From contig DRMV01000033.1 in the NCBI GenBank assembly GCA_011322445.1, positions 97,560 through 161,559 on the forward strand: 64,000 nt of DNA, written 5' to 3'. The position numbers and the translations under genes are program-made. Each line of letters begins with the position of its first letter. The first letter of the stretch is position 1. The notes below the pieces were generated by a model. It was not told where the DNA came from. It made no database searches and saw only the letters and a list, made by a program, of their open reading frames with translations. This document shows positions 10,086 through 19,667 of the stretch, in pieces. The DNA comes from Chloroflexota bacterium (GTDB lineage: Bacteria > Chloroflexota > Anaerolineae > Anaerolineales > DRMV01).

Positions 10086-10210
10086 ACCTCTATCCAAAAG
10101 ACATTGCGGCACACATTGCGAGGAACCCCGCCGGGACAAGCCTTTCCCTTTACGGCGGGCAGGCGACCCTTCGGGGCCGTGCCGTCTGGCATCTGAGCAC
10201 AAACCACGCC

Positions 10211-10660
10211 CTATCTTCCCCACCAAAACCAGACCGCATACGCCGAAGCAATGCCCAACACCACGCCCCAGAAGGCTTCCCACTGGGTGTGGCCGAGCAC
10301 TTCGCGCAGGGCTTCCCCCGCGGGCAGGTGGCCGTCTTGCAAATCGGCCACGATGCGGTTGAGCAAAGCCGCGTGCTCCCCGGCCTGGCGGCGCACACCG
10401 GTCGCGTCGTAAATCACAATGAGGGCGAAAGCCACCGCAACGCCAAACAGCGGCGAGCCAAAACCCTGCCACAGCCCTGCCGCCCAGGCCGCCGCCGAAA
10501 CCAGCGCCGAATGTGAACTCGGCATCCCGCCCGGGCTGACCCACAGGCCCCAATCCCACTTCCGGGTGCGGATGTAAGCCAGCGGCACCTTCCCGCCCTG
10601 CGCCAGCAGCCAGGCCAGGAAGGCGCTCCAGAAAACGCCGTTGTGCAGCAAGGCGCTCAT
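10211..10660 (-). CDS. Divergent PAP2 family (DUF212) membrane protein
   Basis: GGMPSSHSA, YDATGVRRQAG, EVLGHT motifs. Confidence 0.92.
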   Translation of the reverse strand: MSALLHNGVFWSAFLAWLLAQGGKVPLAYIRTRKWDWGLWVSPGGMPSSHSALVSAAAWAAGLWQGFGSPLFGVAVAFALIVIYDATGVRRQAGEHAALLNRIVADLQDGHLPAGEALREVLGHTQWEAFWGVVLGIASAYAVWFWWGR

Positions 10661-10920
10661 GCGCCTTCCCCCGCCGCCTCATCGTCGGCGGCAAAGGGCT
10701 GCAACGCCCCGCCGCTCAAACGCTGCACCTTCAATTCGGCCTCTTCCAGCAGGCGGCGGCAACGCTGCAAAAGCGCCTGGCCGCGCGCATAAAGCGCCAG
10801 GGCTTCTTCCAGGGGGTGCTCCTGCTGTTCCAGCGCGGCGACCACGGCTTCCAGTTCGCTAAAAGCCTGCTCGTAGGTCAGGGTTTCAACCGGCGGGGGG
10901 GTGGTTTCATCGGCCATCAT
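10657..10920 (-). CDS. xseB: Exodeoxyribonuclease VII small subunit
   Basis: TYEQAFSELEAVVAALE...LEEALALYARG...AELKV; start approximate (10920 or 10917). Confidence 0.92.
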   Translation of the reverse strand: MMADETTPPPVETLTYEQAFSELEAVVAALEQQEHPLEEALALYARGQALLQRCRRLLEEAELKVQRLSGGALQPFAADDEAAGEGA

Positions 10921-11329
10921 CGGCATCCTCCTCAAAAACATAGCCTGCCTGCAAGAGGGCACGGCGCGCCGCGCACCAGCGGTCGGCAGGCACCCAAAGG
11001 TAATCGGTATCGTAGGTGGAAACCGCCAAAATCGGAGTGCCCGCGGCAGCCAGCACCTGACTCAGCCCCGCCAGCACACCCACCAGCGAAAAATCCAGCG
11101 CGCCCGCCACACGAAAGCCGCGCCACGGCCCCTCGCGGCGGGAATTTTCAGGGGCGGGGAGGCTTTCCGGAAGCAACAGCGAAATCTCGCCAACGGTGCG
11201 AGCACAGAAAACGCCTTCGGCCTGGCACAGTGCTACCGGCAGGGCGGCTTCCGGCGGCAGGCGGTAAATGAAATATGCCGCCGGCAACGCGCTCAACCGC
11301 AAAGATTCAGCGGGCAGGGTCGTTGTCAT
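10907..11329 (-). CDS. ACT-domain protein (CASTOR/ACT_7-like)
   Basis: RTVGEISLL, WRGFRVAGALDFSLVGVLA, ILAVSTYDTDYLWV. Confidence 0.85.
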   Translation of the reverse strand: MTTTLPAESLRLSALPAAYFIYRLPPEAALPVALCQAEGVFCARTVGEISLLLPESLPAPENSRREGPWRGFRVAGALDFSLVGVLAGLSQVLAAAGTPILAVSTYDTDYLWVPADRWCAARRALLQAGYVFEEDADDGR

Positions 11330-12545
11330 GGGCTGTCACCCGGGCGCGCAGGCCGCCTTCCGCCAGACGAACGCGAATCTCGGCATCCACGGGCGCTTGC
11401 GCTGGCTGCCGCACGACCTGCCCTTTGGCGTCGGTCACCAACGCATAGCCGCGCCGCAGCACGGCGAGGGGGTTCAGGGCTTCCAGCCGTTGCGTCAACC
11501 CTTCCAGCCGCATCCGCCGCAGAGCAAAGGCATGTTGGGCCGCGGTATCCATCTGGCGAGCCAGTTCATCGAGGCGCTGCGCCTGCGAAAACAGGCGGTA
11601 GAGCGGCGCGTGGCGCTGCAGGCGCACTTCCAGCGCGGTCAAATCTGCCCGGCGGGAAGCCAAAGCCGCCATTGCAGCGCGGTTCAGGCGGGTTTCCAGC
11701 CCCCGCAGCACCATCAGCAGGTCGTCGCGGTGCGGCACGGCCTGTTCCGCCGCACCGGTGGGCGTGGGGGCGCGCAGGTCGGCGGCGTAATCGGCCAGGG
11801 TGAAGTCAGTTTGATGCCCCACGCCGGTAATCACCGGCGCTTCGGAAGCCGCCACCGCGCGCACCACGGCTTCGTCGTTGAAGGCCCACAGGTCTTCCAG
11901 CGAGCCGCCGCCGCGCGCCAGGATGATGAGGTCGGGGCGGGCATGGGCATTCAAGGCGCGCAGGGCTTCCACAATGGCGGCGGGGGCTTCCTGCCCCTGC
12001 ACCAGCGCGGGCGCAAGCACCACCTCGGCCAGCGGATAGCGGCGGCGCAGGGTGTTGAGAATATCGCGCAGGGCGGCGCCCGTGGCCGAAGTCACCACGC
12101 CAATGCGCTGCGGAAAGCGCGGCAGGGGGCGCTTGCGGGCTTCGTCGAACAGCCCCTCGGCCTCCAGTTTGGCCTTCAGGCGCTGGAATTCCCGATAGAG
12201 CGCGCCTTCCCCCACCGGCCGAAGCACATCGGCATAAAACTGGTAGCGCCCTCCGGCTTCGTAGACGTCAATATGGCCGTGGGCTTCCACCGCGTCGCCG
12301 TTGCGGGGCAGAAAATGGCGCTGCTGGCGCAGCACCTGGGGTTTCCACATCACGCAGGGCAGTTGAGCCTTGCCGTCCTTGAGGGTAAAGTAGGCGTGCC
12401 CCGAGGAAGCGACTTTGAAATTGGAAACCTCGCCCTGCACCCACAATTCGCGCAGGTTGTCATCGCTGGCAACGAGGTCGCGGATGTAGCGCGTGAGGTC
12501 GGTAATCGTCCAAACGGGGGGGCGGAAGAATTCTTCGAACAGCAT
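11307..12545 (-). CDS. xseA: Exodeoxyribonuclease VII large subunit
   Basis: OB fold (WVQGEVSNF...SGHAYFTLKD), RIGVVTS, ARGGGSLEDLWAFNDE, GVGHQTD, PTPTGAA. Confidence 0.97.
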   Translation of the reverse strand: MLFEEFFRPPVWTITDLTRYIRDLVASDDNLRELWVQGEVSNFKVASSGHAYFTLKDGKAQLPCVMWKPQVLRQQRHFLPRNGDAVEAHGHIDVYEAGGRYQFYADVLRPVGEGALYREFQRLKAKLEAEGLFDEARKRPLPRFPQRIGVVTSATGAALRDILNTLRRRYPLAEVVLAPALVQGQEAPAAIVEALRALNAHARPDLIILARGGGSLEDLWAFNDEAVVRAVAASEAPVITGVGHQTDFTLADYAADLRAPTPTGAAEQAVPHRDDLLMVLRGLETRLNRAAMAALASRRADLTALEVRLQRHAPLYRLFSQAQRLDELARQMDTAAQHAFALRRMRLEGLTQRLEALNPLAVLRRGYALVTDAKGQVVRQPAQAPVDAEIRVRLAEGGLRARVTAHDNDPAR

Positions 12546-12563
12546 GACCTAATGATAACAGAA

Positions 12564-12588
12564 AACCGCCTGCGCGGGGCAGGCGGTT
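12564..12588 (-). terminator. Intrinsic terminator downstream of hbd
   Basis: AACCGCCTGC-5nt-GCAGGCGGTT with a U-rich tail on the minus strand. Confidence 0.7.
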
Positions 12589-12593
12589 AAGTC

Positions 12594-12692
12594 AAACCAC
12601 AGATTACACAGATTTGCACAGAAAACACAGATTCGGTGGGGTTTTATGCCTTTTCCATCCCCTTCTGTGCCTTCGGTGAATTTCTGTGGTTT
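12594..12692. repeat. CAGATT/AATCTG inverted-array element, empty copy
   Basis: AAACCACAGATTACACAGATTTGCACAGA ... TTCTGTGCCTTCGGTGAATTTCTGTGGTTT. Confidence 0.8.
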
Positions 12693-12698
12693 CTCGCT

Positions 12699-13586
12699 TT
12701 ATTTATCCACCAGCGGGTTGGGCACACCCTTGGGGTTTTCGCGGTAATCGTAAAAGCCGATGCCGGTCTTGCGCCCTAAGTAGCCCGCGTCTACCATCTT
12801 GCGCAGCAAATAAGCCGGGCGGTATTTGTCGTCGCCCAGGTCGCGCTGGAGCACTTCCATCACGAACAGCACCACATCCACGCCGATCAGGTCGGCAAGG
12901 TAAAGCGGCCCCATGGGGTGGTTCATGCCGAGTTTCATCACGGTGTCGATGGCTTCCACCGAGCCGACGCCTTCTTCCAACGCGAACACGGCTTCGTTGA
13001 TCATCGGGCACAAAATGCGGTTGGAAATGAAGCCGGGGCGGTCGTTGGCTTCCACAGGCACCTTGCCCATGGCCTTGGAAACCTCAAACACGGTGGCCGT
13101 GGTCTCGTCGGAAGTCGCCAGCCCGCGGATGACTTCCACCAGCCGCATCAGGGGCACCGGGTTCATGAAGTGCATCCCGATGACCTTTTCGGGGCGCTGG
13201 GTGACCGAGCCGATTTTGGTAATCGGGATGGAAGAAGTGTTGGAAGCCAGAATCGCATCGGGGCGGGTGATGCCGTCCAGGTCGCGGAAGATGTCCAGTT
13301 TGATGGCGGGGTTTTCGGTGGCCGCTTCGATGACCAGGTCGGCATCGGCGGCATCGGCCAAGGTGTCGGTAGTGCGGATGTTGAGGGCGGCTTCCCGCTG
13401 CTCGGCGGTGATTTTGCCCTTTTCCAGCAGTTTGGCCGTGGATTTGTCAATGGTCTTTTTCGCACGCTCGATCTGCTCGGGCACGACGTCCATCATAGTG
13501 ACTTCAAAGCCGGAAACCGCGGCGGTCTGGGCAATGCCGTTGCCCATAGTGCCTGCGCCGACGACGAAAATTTTCTTGATGCTCAT
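12699..13586 (-). CDS. hbd: 3-hydroxybutyryl-CoA dehydrogenase
   Basis: [41 protein letters not shown]; GGAG RBS before ATG 13586. Confidence 0.93.
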   Translation of the reverse strand: MSIKKIFVVGAGTMGNGIAQTAAVSGFEVTMMDVVPEQIERAKKTIDKSTAKLLEKGKITAEQREAALNIRTTDTLADAADADLVIEAATENPAIKLDIFRDLDGITRPDAILASNTSSIPITKIGSVTQRPEKVIGMHFMNPVPLMRLVEVIRGLATSDETTATVFEVSKAMGKVPVEANDRPGFISNRILCPMINEAVFALEEGVGSVEAIDTVMKLGMNHPMGPLYLADLIGVDVVLFVMEVLQRDLGDDKYRPAYLLRKMVDAGYLGRKTGIGFYDYRENPKGVPNPLVDK

Positions 13587-13601
13587 TTCTTCACTCCTTT
13601 G

Positions 13602-13692
13602 TTGCTTGGTTACTTCGTTGCCTAGTGACCTGGTTGCCTGGTGATGGAACAAACCAAGTAACCAGGTCACTCATCGACCAGGTAACTAACCG
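13602..13692. repeat. Inverted pair of 8-mer arrays (TTGCCTGG-type x5 / ACCAGGTA-type x5)
   Basis: Period-8 units facing each other across a ~10-nt spacer; contains the thiolase stop. Confidence 0.85.
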
Positions 13693-14891
13693 CCTAACTC
13701 CACCGCCATCCCCACGGCTTCGCCGCCGCCAAGGCAGAGGGCTGCGATGCCGCGCTTCAGGCCGCGGTCTTTGAGGGCGTAAATCAGCGTGGTGAGGATG
13801 CGCGCCCCGCTCGCACCGATGGGATGGCCGAGGGCAATTGCACCGCCGTGGACGTTCACCTTGTCCCAATCCCAGCCCATGTCGGCGAGTTCCTTGCCAT
13901 TGGCCAGCGCCTGGGCGGCAAAGGCTTCGTTGAGTTCGATCAGGTCCACATCGTCCAGCGTCCAGCCCGCTTTGGCAAGCACCTTGGGAATGGCTTTGGC
14001 CGGGGCGGAGAAAATCCACTTGGGTTCCACCGCGGCGTAGCCGTAAGCCACGATGCGGGCAAGGGGCTGCGCGCCGATTTCCTCGGCATAGGCCTGGCTG
14101 GCAACCACCAGGGCTGCCGCGCCGTCGTTCAGGCCGGGGGAGTTGCCCGCGGTGACAATGCCATCGGGCTTGAAAGCCGGGCGCAGTTTCGCAAGCACCT
14201 CCAGCGAGGTGTCGCGGCGCGGGGTTTCGTCGGTGTCCACCACCGTGACCTTGCCCTTGCGACCGGGGATTTCCAGGGGCACGATTTCGGCCTTGAACTT
14301 GCCGGCATCCATGGCGGCAATGGCTTTCTGGTGGCTGGCATAGGCAAATTCATCCAGTTCCTGACGGGTGATGCCAAACTGCTCCGCGATGAACTCCGCC
14401 GCGCCGCCCATGTGCCAGTCTTCGAAGGGGCACCAGAGGCCATCTTTGAGCAGGGCGTCGGTCAACTGGCTGTGGCCATAGCGCAATTCGCCCAGACGCC
14501 CCCACAGCAGGAAGGGTGCGTTGCTCATGCTTTCCATGCCGCCCGCCACGAACAGCCGTCCATCCCCGGCTTTCACGGCCTGGGCAGCCAGCATCACGGC
14601 CTTGAGGCCAGAGCCGCACACCTTGTTGACGGTGAACGCGCCCACGGTGGCAGGCAGGCCACCAAAAATTGCAGCCTGCCGCGCCGGGTTCTGGCCTTCC
14701 CCGGCAGTGACGACGTTGCCCATCACCACTTCCTCAATAGCCGCGAGGTCGGGAAGGCCTGCGCGGGCCACGGCTTCCCGCACCACGGCCGCGCCGAGTT
14801 TCACGGCGGGGAGAGGCGAAAGCGCTCCACGGAAGCGCCCCATGGGGGTACGCACGGCGCTGAGAATGACGGGAACGGTGTTCTTGTCCAC
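13686..14891 (-). CDS. Acetyl-CoA acetyltransferase (thiolase)
   Basis: NKVCGSG catalytic Cys, [25 protein letters not shown]; GTG start with GAGGAGG RBS. Confidence 0.96.
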   Translation of the reverse strand: MDKNTVPVILSAVRTPMGRFRGALSPLPAVKLGAAVVREAVARAGLPDLAAIEEVVMGNVVTAGEGQNPARQAAIFGGLPATVGAFTVNKVCGSGLKAVMLAAQAVKAGDGRLFVAGGMESMSNAPFLLWGRLGELRYGHSQLTDALLKDGLWCPFEDWHMGGAAEFIAEQFGITRQELDEFAYASHQKAIAAMDAGKFKAEIVPLEIPGRKGKVTVVDTDETPRRDTSLEVLAKLRPAFKPDGIVTAGNSPGLNDGAAALVVASQAYAEEIGAQPLARIVAYGYAAVEPKWIFSAPAKAIPKVLAKAGWTLDDVDLIELNEAFAAQALANGKELADMGWDWDKVNVHGGAIALGHPIGASGARILTTLIYALKDRGLKRGIAALCLGGGEAVGMAVELGG

Positions 14892-14936
14892 AAGTGCCTC
14901 CTCGGTGATAAAAATAAACCGAGCCTGCGCCCGGTT

Positions 14937-15425
14937 TTATGCCTCAGTTGCCCACGCCTCCCGCACCCGCGCGTAGGTGGTTTCCAGCGATTCGGGAAGC
15001 ACGCGGGTTTGCGCCAGGGTGGACATGAAATTGGTGTCGCCCGACCAGCGGGGCACGATGTGCATGTGCAGGTGAGCGGCAATACCTGCGCCTGCGGCAG
15101 CCCCCAGGTTCATGCCCACGTTGAACGCCTGCGGGTGATACACCGCCCGCAGCACCCGAATGGCCTGGGCTGTCAATTCCATCATTTCAGCCCGGGTGTC
15201 GGCGTCCAGCGCCACCAGGTCGGCCTCGTGCCGAAAGGGGATGACCATCAGGTGGCCGCTGGTGTAGGGGTAGCGGTTGAGCATCACAAAAGCCCGTTGC
15301 CCGCGATAAACGATCAGGTTTTCGGGGCTATCGGGCTGCTTTTGCGCCTTGCAAAACACGCAGCCTTCTTCACGAATGTGGTTTTCAATGTATTCCATCC
15401 GCCAGGGAGACCAGAGATAATCCAT
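14937..15425 (-). CDS. HIT family hydrolase (Ap4A phosphorylase-like)
   Basis: LWSPWRM, CVFC, LNRYPYTSGH, HLHMHIVPRW HIT motif. Confidence 0.93.
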   Translation of the reverse strand: MDYLWSPWRMEYIENHIREEGCVFCKAQKQPDSPENLIVYRGQRAFVMLNRYPYTSGHLMVIPFRHEADLVALDADTRAEMMELTAQAIRVLRAVYHPQAFNVGMNLGAAAGAGIAAHLHMHIVPRWSGDTNFMSTLAQTRVLPESLETTYARVREAWATEA

Positions 15426-15519
15426 GAGCACCTCGAAAGCATGAAAATGGCGCAGAGGTGAGCGCCGCGTGCTCTATTGTAGCAGAAAACGATTTTTCGC
15501 GGGGACAGAATACGGATTG

Positions 15520-16104
15520 CTAAGGGGTCTTCCCCACGGTGACATAGGGGCGTAAAGTCGCCAGCAGCGCAGGGCCAATGCCTTTGACGGCCAGCAGGTC
15601 GTCCACCGTTTGGAAAGCGCCGTGCGTGCGGCGATAGTCAATAATGCGCTGAGCCAACGCCGGCCCAATGCGCGGCAGGGCTTCCAGTTCAGCGGCCGTG
15701 GCTGTGTTGAGGTTCACCCGCGCTTCCGGTGAGATCATAGTGCCCAACGGAGCGGGTGTCGGCGTCACCCCATAGGGTGTGGGGGTATTGCGAAAGGGAA
15801 CGTAAATCCACAAGCCATCGGTAAGCCTGGCGGCCTGGTTGACGATTTCCTGCGCAGCATCAGCACGGAAGCCCCCCGCCGCCATAATGGCATCGCGCAC
15901 GCGGCTGCCGCGAGGCAGCGCATACACCCCAGGGTGCTGCACAGCCCCCGCCACATCCACCACCAGCGGTGCAGGCGTCGGCGTGGGCGGCGGCGGGAGC
16001 AAAACGACCGGCTTTCCACGGGGTGGCGCTGCCACAGCCACAGCAACACCCGAAAGCACCACCCCGACCAAAACGCCCAACGCAAGGTCTATCCAGCGCT
16101 TCAT
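15520..16104 (-). CDS. comEA: ComEA family DNA-binding protein (SLBB + HhH)
   Basis: N-terminal TM, VDVAGAVQHPGVY, VNLNTATAAELEALPRIGPALAQRII. Confidence 0.9.
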   Translation of the reverse strand: MKRWIDLALGVLVGVVLSGVAVAVAAPPRGKPVVLLPPPPTPTPAPLVVDVAGAVQHPGVYALPRGSRVRDAIMAAGGFRADAAQEIVNQAARLTDGLWIYVPFRNTPTPYGVTPTPAPLGTMISPEARVNLNTATAAELEALPRIGPALAQRIIDYRRTHGAFQTVDDLLAVKGIGPALLATLRPYVTVGKTP

Positions 16105-16265
16105 CACACCCTCCATGTCACATCACACCCCCGAGGGGGAAGCACACGTCGCTGACACCCTTATTTTACTCCTGCTGCCCCCACAAGAGGAAAGGGTTTA
16201 TAATTTCGGTGCGTTTGACAGGAGCCTGTTCCCTATCCTTGCCCAGCCGCAATTGGAGAATTTCC

Positions 16266-19200
16266 ATGACTCAAGACTACCTCTTCCGCGGTTCTCTCAA
16301 AGACCTTGACCCCGCCCTGTACGAACTCACCCAGGTGGAAGCCGAGCGGCAGGTGCGGCGGCTGATTCTCATCCCCAGCGAGAGCCAGGCGCCTTTGGCC
16401 GTGCGCGAGGCCATGGCCTCGGCCTTCCAGAACATTTACGCTGAAGGCTACCCACCGGAGCACTGGCGCTGGCTGAGCGATGAGGAAATTCTGGATTACA
16501 AAGCCCGCTTAGCCGAATACCGCCGCCTGGCCGACCCGCGCTATTACAAGGGCGTGGAATACGCCGACATCGTGGAATCCTTAGCCCGCCGCCGCTGTGC
16601 GGAGGCTTTCGCGGCCAACGGCGTGAGTGCGGATGACATTTTCGTCAACGTCCAGCCCCTCTCCGGCGCACCGGCCAACAACGCGGTCTATCACGCCCTC
16701 ATCCAGCCCGGCGACACCATCCTTTCCATGCACCTCGTCCACGGCGGGCACCTCTCCCACGGCTCGCGCGCCAACCGCACGGGCAAACTTTACAATCCGG
16801 TGCACTACACGGTGGACCCGGAAACCGAGCGCCTGGATTACGACCAGATCGAAGCCCTGGCGCTGGAACACAAGCCCAAAATCATCGTCGCGGGCTATTC
16901 GTCCTATCCGTGGAGTGTGGATTGGGCGCGCTTCCGCGCCATTGCCGACAAAGTGGGCGCGTATTTGATGGCCGACATCGCCCACGTCGCGGGGCTGGTA
17001 GTCGGCGGGGCGTACCCCTCGCCCGTAGGCTATGCTCACGTCATCTCTTTCACCACCCACAAGACCCTCGGCGGCCCCCGCGGGGCGGTCATTCTCACCA
17101 CCAATCCCGTGATTGCCCGCAAGATCGACCGCGCCGTGTTCCCCGGCGAGCAGGGCGGGCCGCATGTCAATGTTTTCGCTGCTTTAGCCCTGCTGTTCAA
17201 ACTGGCGCAGACCGAGCAGTTCAGCCAGTATGCCCATCAGGTGGTGAAAAACTGCATCGCTTTCACCGACCGTCTGGCCGAGCGGGGTTTCCGCATCCCC
17301 TACGGCGGCACCGACACCCACCTGATGAACCTGGACTGCAAGAGCGTGCGCGGCCCCGACGGAACGCCCCTTTCCGGCGACCTGGCCGCCCGCATTCTGG
17401 ATGTGGCCGGCATCGTGGTCAACCGCAACACCATCCCCGGCGACAAGGGCGCGAAGAACCCCTCGGGCATCCGCATGGGCACGCCCTGGCTGACCCAGCG
17501 GGGCTTCGACGAGGCCATGAGCCGCGAACTGGCCGATGTCATCGCCGACCTGCTCTGGGCCGTCACGCCCTACACCGTGGACGGCAAGCAGCGCGCCAAG
17601 GTGGATTACGACGCCCTGCAGGAAGCCCGCCTGCGGGTGCGCGACCTGGCCGAGCGCGCCGGCCGGGATTTCGAGCCCCAGGGCTTCGGCTACCCCCACT
17701 TCTACTATGCCGATGATAAACCCCAGCGTGCGGGCGACCTCACGGTGCTGGAAATCGGCGGCGAGCGGGTGCGCCAGTTCCTCAATTTTGCCCTGGCCTC
17801 GGATGTGGAAGCCCTGGAACCCGGCCAGACGCAGCCTACCCGCCTGCACACCCCCAAAGGCTGGGTACAGGGCACGCTGCGCTGTGTGGAACCCCGCCGC
17901 TTCCGCCTGACCGTGCCGCGCGAGCAGGCTTCCCTGGTGATGACCTACCTGCGCGACCTCTCCGATGGCTACATTGCCTTTGGCGATGACGACCTCACGC
18001 GCAAAATCCCCGGCCCGGTGTGGGTGCTGGAAGCCCTGGATGGGGAACCCGACGCGCTGCCCCAGGGGGAGGTGCAGCCTGCAGAGAGCAAGCCGTACTT
18101 CGTGGGTCTGGATCTCACCCCTCCCCCGCCGCAGCCTTCGGCTGCAGTCTCCCCCTCCCCTCCCTTAGTAAGGGAGGGGAGGGGGGCGGGGGGTGGGGAG
18201 AGATCCCTCCCTGCCTTCCAATGGGAAGAAACCGAACCCGAAACCCTGCGCCGCACGCCCATTTACGACCTGCACAAGCGTTTGGGCGCGAAGATGGTGC
18301 CCTTCGCGGGCTGGGAAATGCCGGTGTGGTACTCCTCGGTGCTGGAAGAGCACCTCGCGGTGCGCGAGGCCGCCGGCCTGTTCGACGTCACCCACATGGG
18401 CGTGTATCAGGTGGAAGGCCCGGACGCTGCCGCCTTCCTGGACAGCGTGTACGCCAACGACATCGGCAAACTCAAGGTGGGCGAGGCGGAATACACCCAC
18501 TTCCTCACCCCCGACGCCGAGGTGATCGACGACCTGTATGTGTACCGCTACGAGCCGGAAGCCTATCTGGTGGTGGTCAACGCTGCCAACGACGAGAAGG
18601 ACTGGGCCTGGCTGAACGCGGTCAGGGAAGGCAAGGTGAAGGTGGATAATGCACGCCCGTGGGCGCAGGCCTTTGGCCGGAGCGCGGTGCTGCGCAACCT
18701 GCGCGATCCCAAAGAAGGCGCGGACATGCGGGTGGATTTAGCCCTGCAGGGGCCGCGCTCGCGGGATGTGCTGCTGGCCCTGGGCGTGGATGCCGCCACC
18801 GAGCGCCGCATCCGCCGGATGAAGCGCAACCATGTGATTCGTGCCACCGTGGGCGGCTTCGACCTCATCGTCTCGCGCACGGGCTACACGGGCGAAAAGA
18901 TGGCTTTCGAACTCTTCGTGCACCCCGACCGGGCAGCGGACCTCTTCGTAGCGCTGCTCAAGGCCGGCGAACCCTTCGGCCTCAAGCCGTGCGGGCTGGG
19001 CGCGCGCGATTCGCTGCGCACCGAGGCCGGGCTGCCCCTCTACGGCCACGAGATGGGCGGCACGCTCAATTTGGGCGTGGGCGAGGCCGGTTTCGCCAGG
19101 TTCGTCAAGACCTACAAGCCGTGGTTCATCGGCCGCGAGGCCTTCCTGGCCCGCGAGGCCACGCGGCAGCAGGAAATCGTGCGCTTCCGCTTCACCGACA

Positions 19201-19472
19201 GGCACGTCCGCATGGCGCACCTCGGCGACCCGGTGCTCGACAAGCGCGGCAAGGTGATCGGCGTGGTGACCAGTTGCGCCATCGACCGGGAAGGCTACCT
19301 GACCGGGCAGGCGGTGGTGCTGCGCAAGTACACTGCTGAGGGCACACCGCTGTTCATCCTGCAAGGCGCCGAGCGGCTGAAGAAAGCCCCCAAAGCCCCC
19401 GCCGAACTGCAACCGGGCGACAGCCTGCCCCTGCCCACCGCGGCGGTGGTGGTGAGGCGGTTCCCGAAATAG
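16266..19472 (+). CDS. glyA-gcvT: Fused serine hydroxymethyltransferase / glycine cleavage aminomethyltransferase
   Basis: LIPSE, NVQPLSG, GGHLSHG, TTHKTLGGPRG (PLP Lys), then LRRTPIY, FAGWEMP, GLFDVTHMG, SRTGYTGE, LGARDSLRTEAG; start ATG 16266 after GGAG. Confidence 0.95.
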   Translation: MTQDYLFRGSLKDLDPALYELTQVEAERQVRRLILIPSESQAPLAVREAMASAFQNIYAEGYPPEHWRWLSDEEILDYKARLAEYRRLADPRYYKGVEYADIVESLARRRCAEAFAANGVSADDIFVNVQPLSGAPANNAVYHALIQPGDTILSMHLVHGGHLSHGSRANRTGKLYNPVHYTVDPETERLDYDQIEALALEHKPKIIVAGYSSYPWSVDWARFRAIADKVGAYLMADIAHVAGLVVGGAYPSPVGYAHVISFTTHKTLGGPRGAVILTTNPVIARKIDRAVFPGEQGGPHVNVFAALALLFKLAQTEQFSQYAHQVVKNCIAFTDRLAERGFRIPYGGTDTHLMNLDCKSVRGPDGTPLSGDLAARILDVAGIVVNRNTIPGDKGAKNPSGIRMGTPWLTQRGFDEAMSRELADVIADLLWAVTPYTVDGKQRAKVDYDALQEARLRVRDLAERAGRDFEPQGFGYPHFYYADDKPQRAGDLTVLEIGGERVRQFLNFALASDVEALEPGQTQPTRLHTPKGWVQGTLRCVEPRRFRLTVPREQASLVMTYLRDLSDGYIAFGDDDLTRKIPGPVWVLEALDGEPDALPQGEVQPAESKPYFVGLDLTPPPPQPSAAVSPSPPLVREGRGAGGGERSLPAFQWEETEPETLRRTPIYDLHKRLGAKMVPFAGWEMPVWYSSVLEEHLAVREAAGLFDVTHMGVYQVEGPDAAAFLDSVYANDIGKLKVGEAEYTHFLTPDAEVIDDLYVYRYEPEAYLVVVNAANDEKDWAWLNAVREGKVKVDNARPWAQAFGRSAVLRNLRDPKEGADMRVDLALQGPRSRDVLLALGVDAATERRIRRMKRNHVIRATVGGFDLIVSRTGYTGEKMAFELFVHPDRAADLFVALLKAGEPFGLKPCGLGARDSLRTEAGLPLYGHEMGGTLNLGVGEAGFARFVKTYKPWFIGREAFLAREATRQQEIVRFRFTDRHVRMAHLGDPVLDKRGKVIGVVTSCAIDREGYLTGQAVVLRKYTAEGTPLFILQGAERLKKAPKAPAELQPGDSLPLPTAAVVVRRFPK
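18111..18205. repeat. GATC-bounded palindromic element inserted in-frame in glyA-gcvT (copy 2)
   Basis: Same 35-bp core (18151-18185); side hairpin GCAGCC-TTC-GGCTGC. Confidence 0.9.
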
Positions 19473-19499
19473 GCCGGGGGGAGCAATCTCCCCACACGC

Positions 19500-19529
19500 T
19501 TGACGCCCTCGCCTTCTTGCGGGTAGAAT
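19500..19529 (+). promoter_or_regulatory. Sigma70 promoter for tRNA-Leu
   Basis: TTGACG-18 nt-TAGAAT, 10 nt upstream of the tRNA. Confidence 0.7.
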
Positions 19530-19539
19530 TGCCCTACCC

Positions 19540-19628
19540 GGGGCGATGGCGGAACAGGCAGACGCCGGGGACTTAAAATCCTCTGGGGCGCAAGCCCCGT
19601 GTGGGTTCGACTCCCACTCGCCCCACCA
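19540..19628 (+). tRNA. tRNA-Leu (anticodon UAA)
   Basis: Acceptor GGGGCGA/TCGCCCC, loop CTTAAAA, long variable arm, GTTCGA T-loop, encoded CCA. Confidence 0.96.
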
Positions 19629-19632
19629 TCTC

Positions 19633-19667
19633 AAGGTTCCCACCGCAGTGTGGGAACCTTTGCTTTT
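19633..19667 (+). terminator. Terminator after tRNA-Leu
   Basis: AAGGTTCCCA...TGGGAACCTT followed by TGCTTTT. Confidence 0.7.

Noticed and set aside
16120-16265. ZTP or glycine riboswitch upstream of glyA-gcvT
   Set aside because: No consensus elements; the leader after TATAAT (16199-16204) is only ~60 nt
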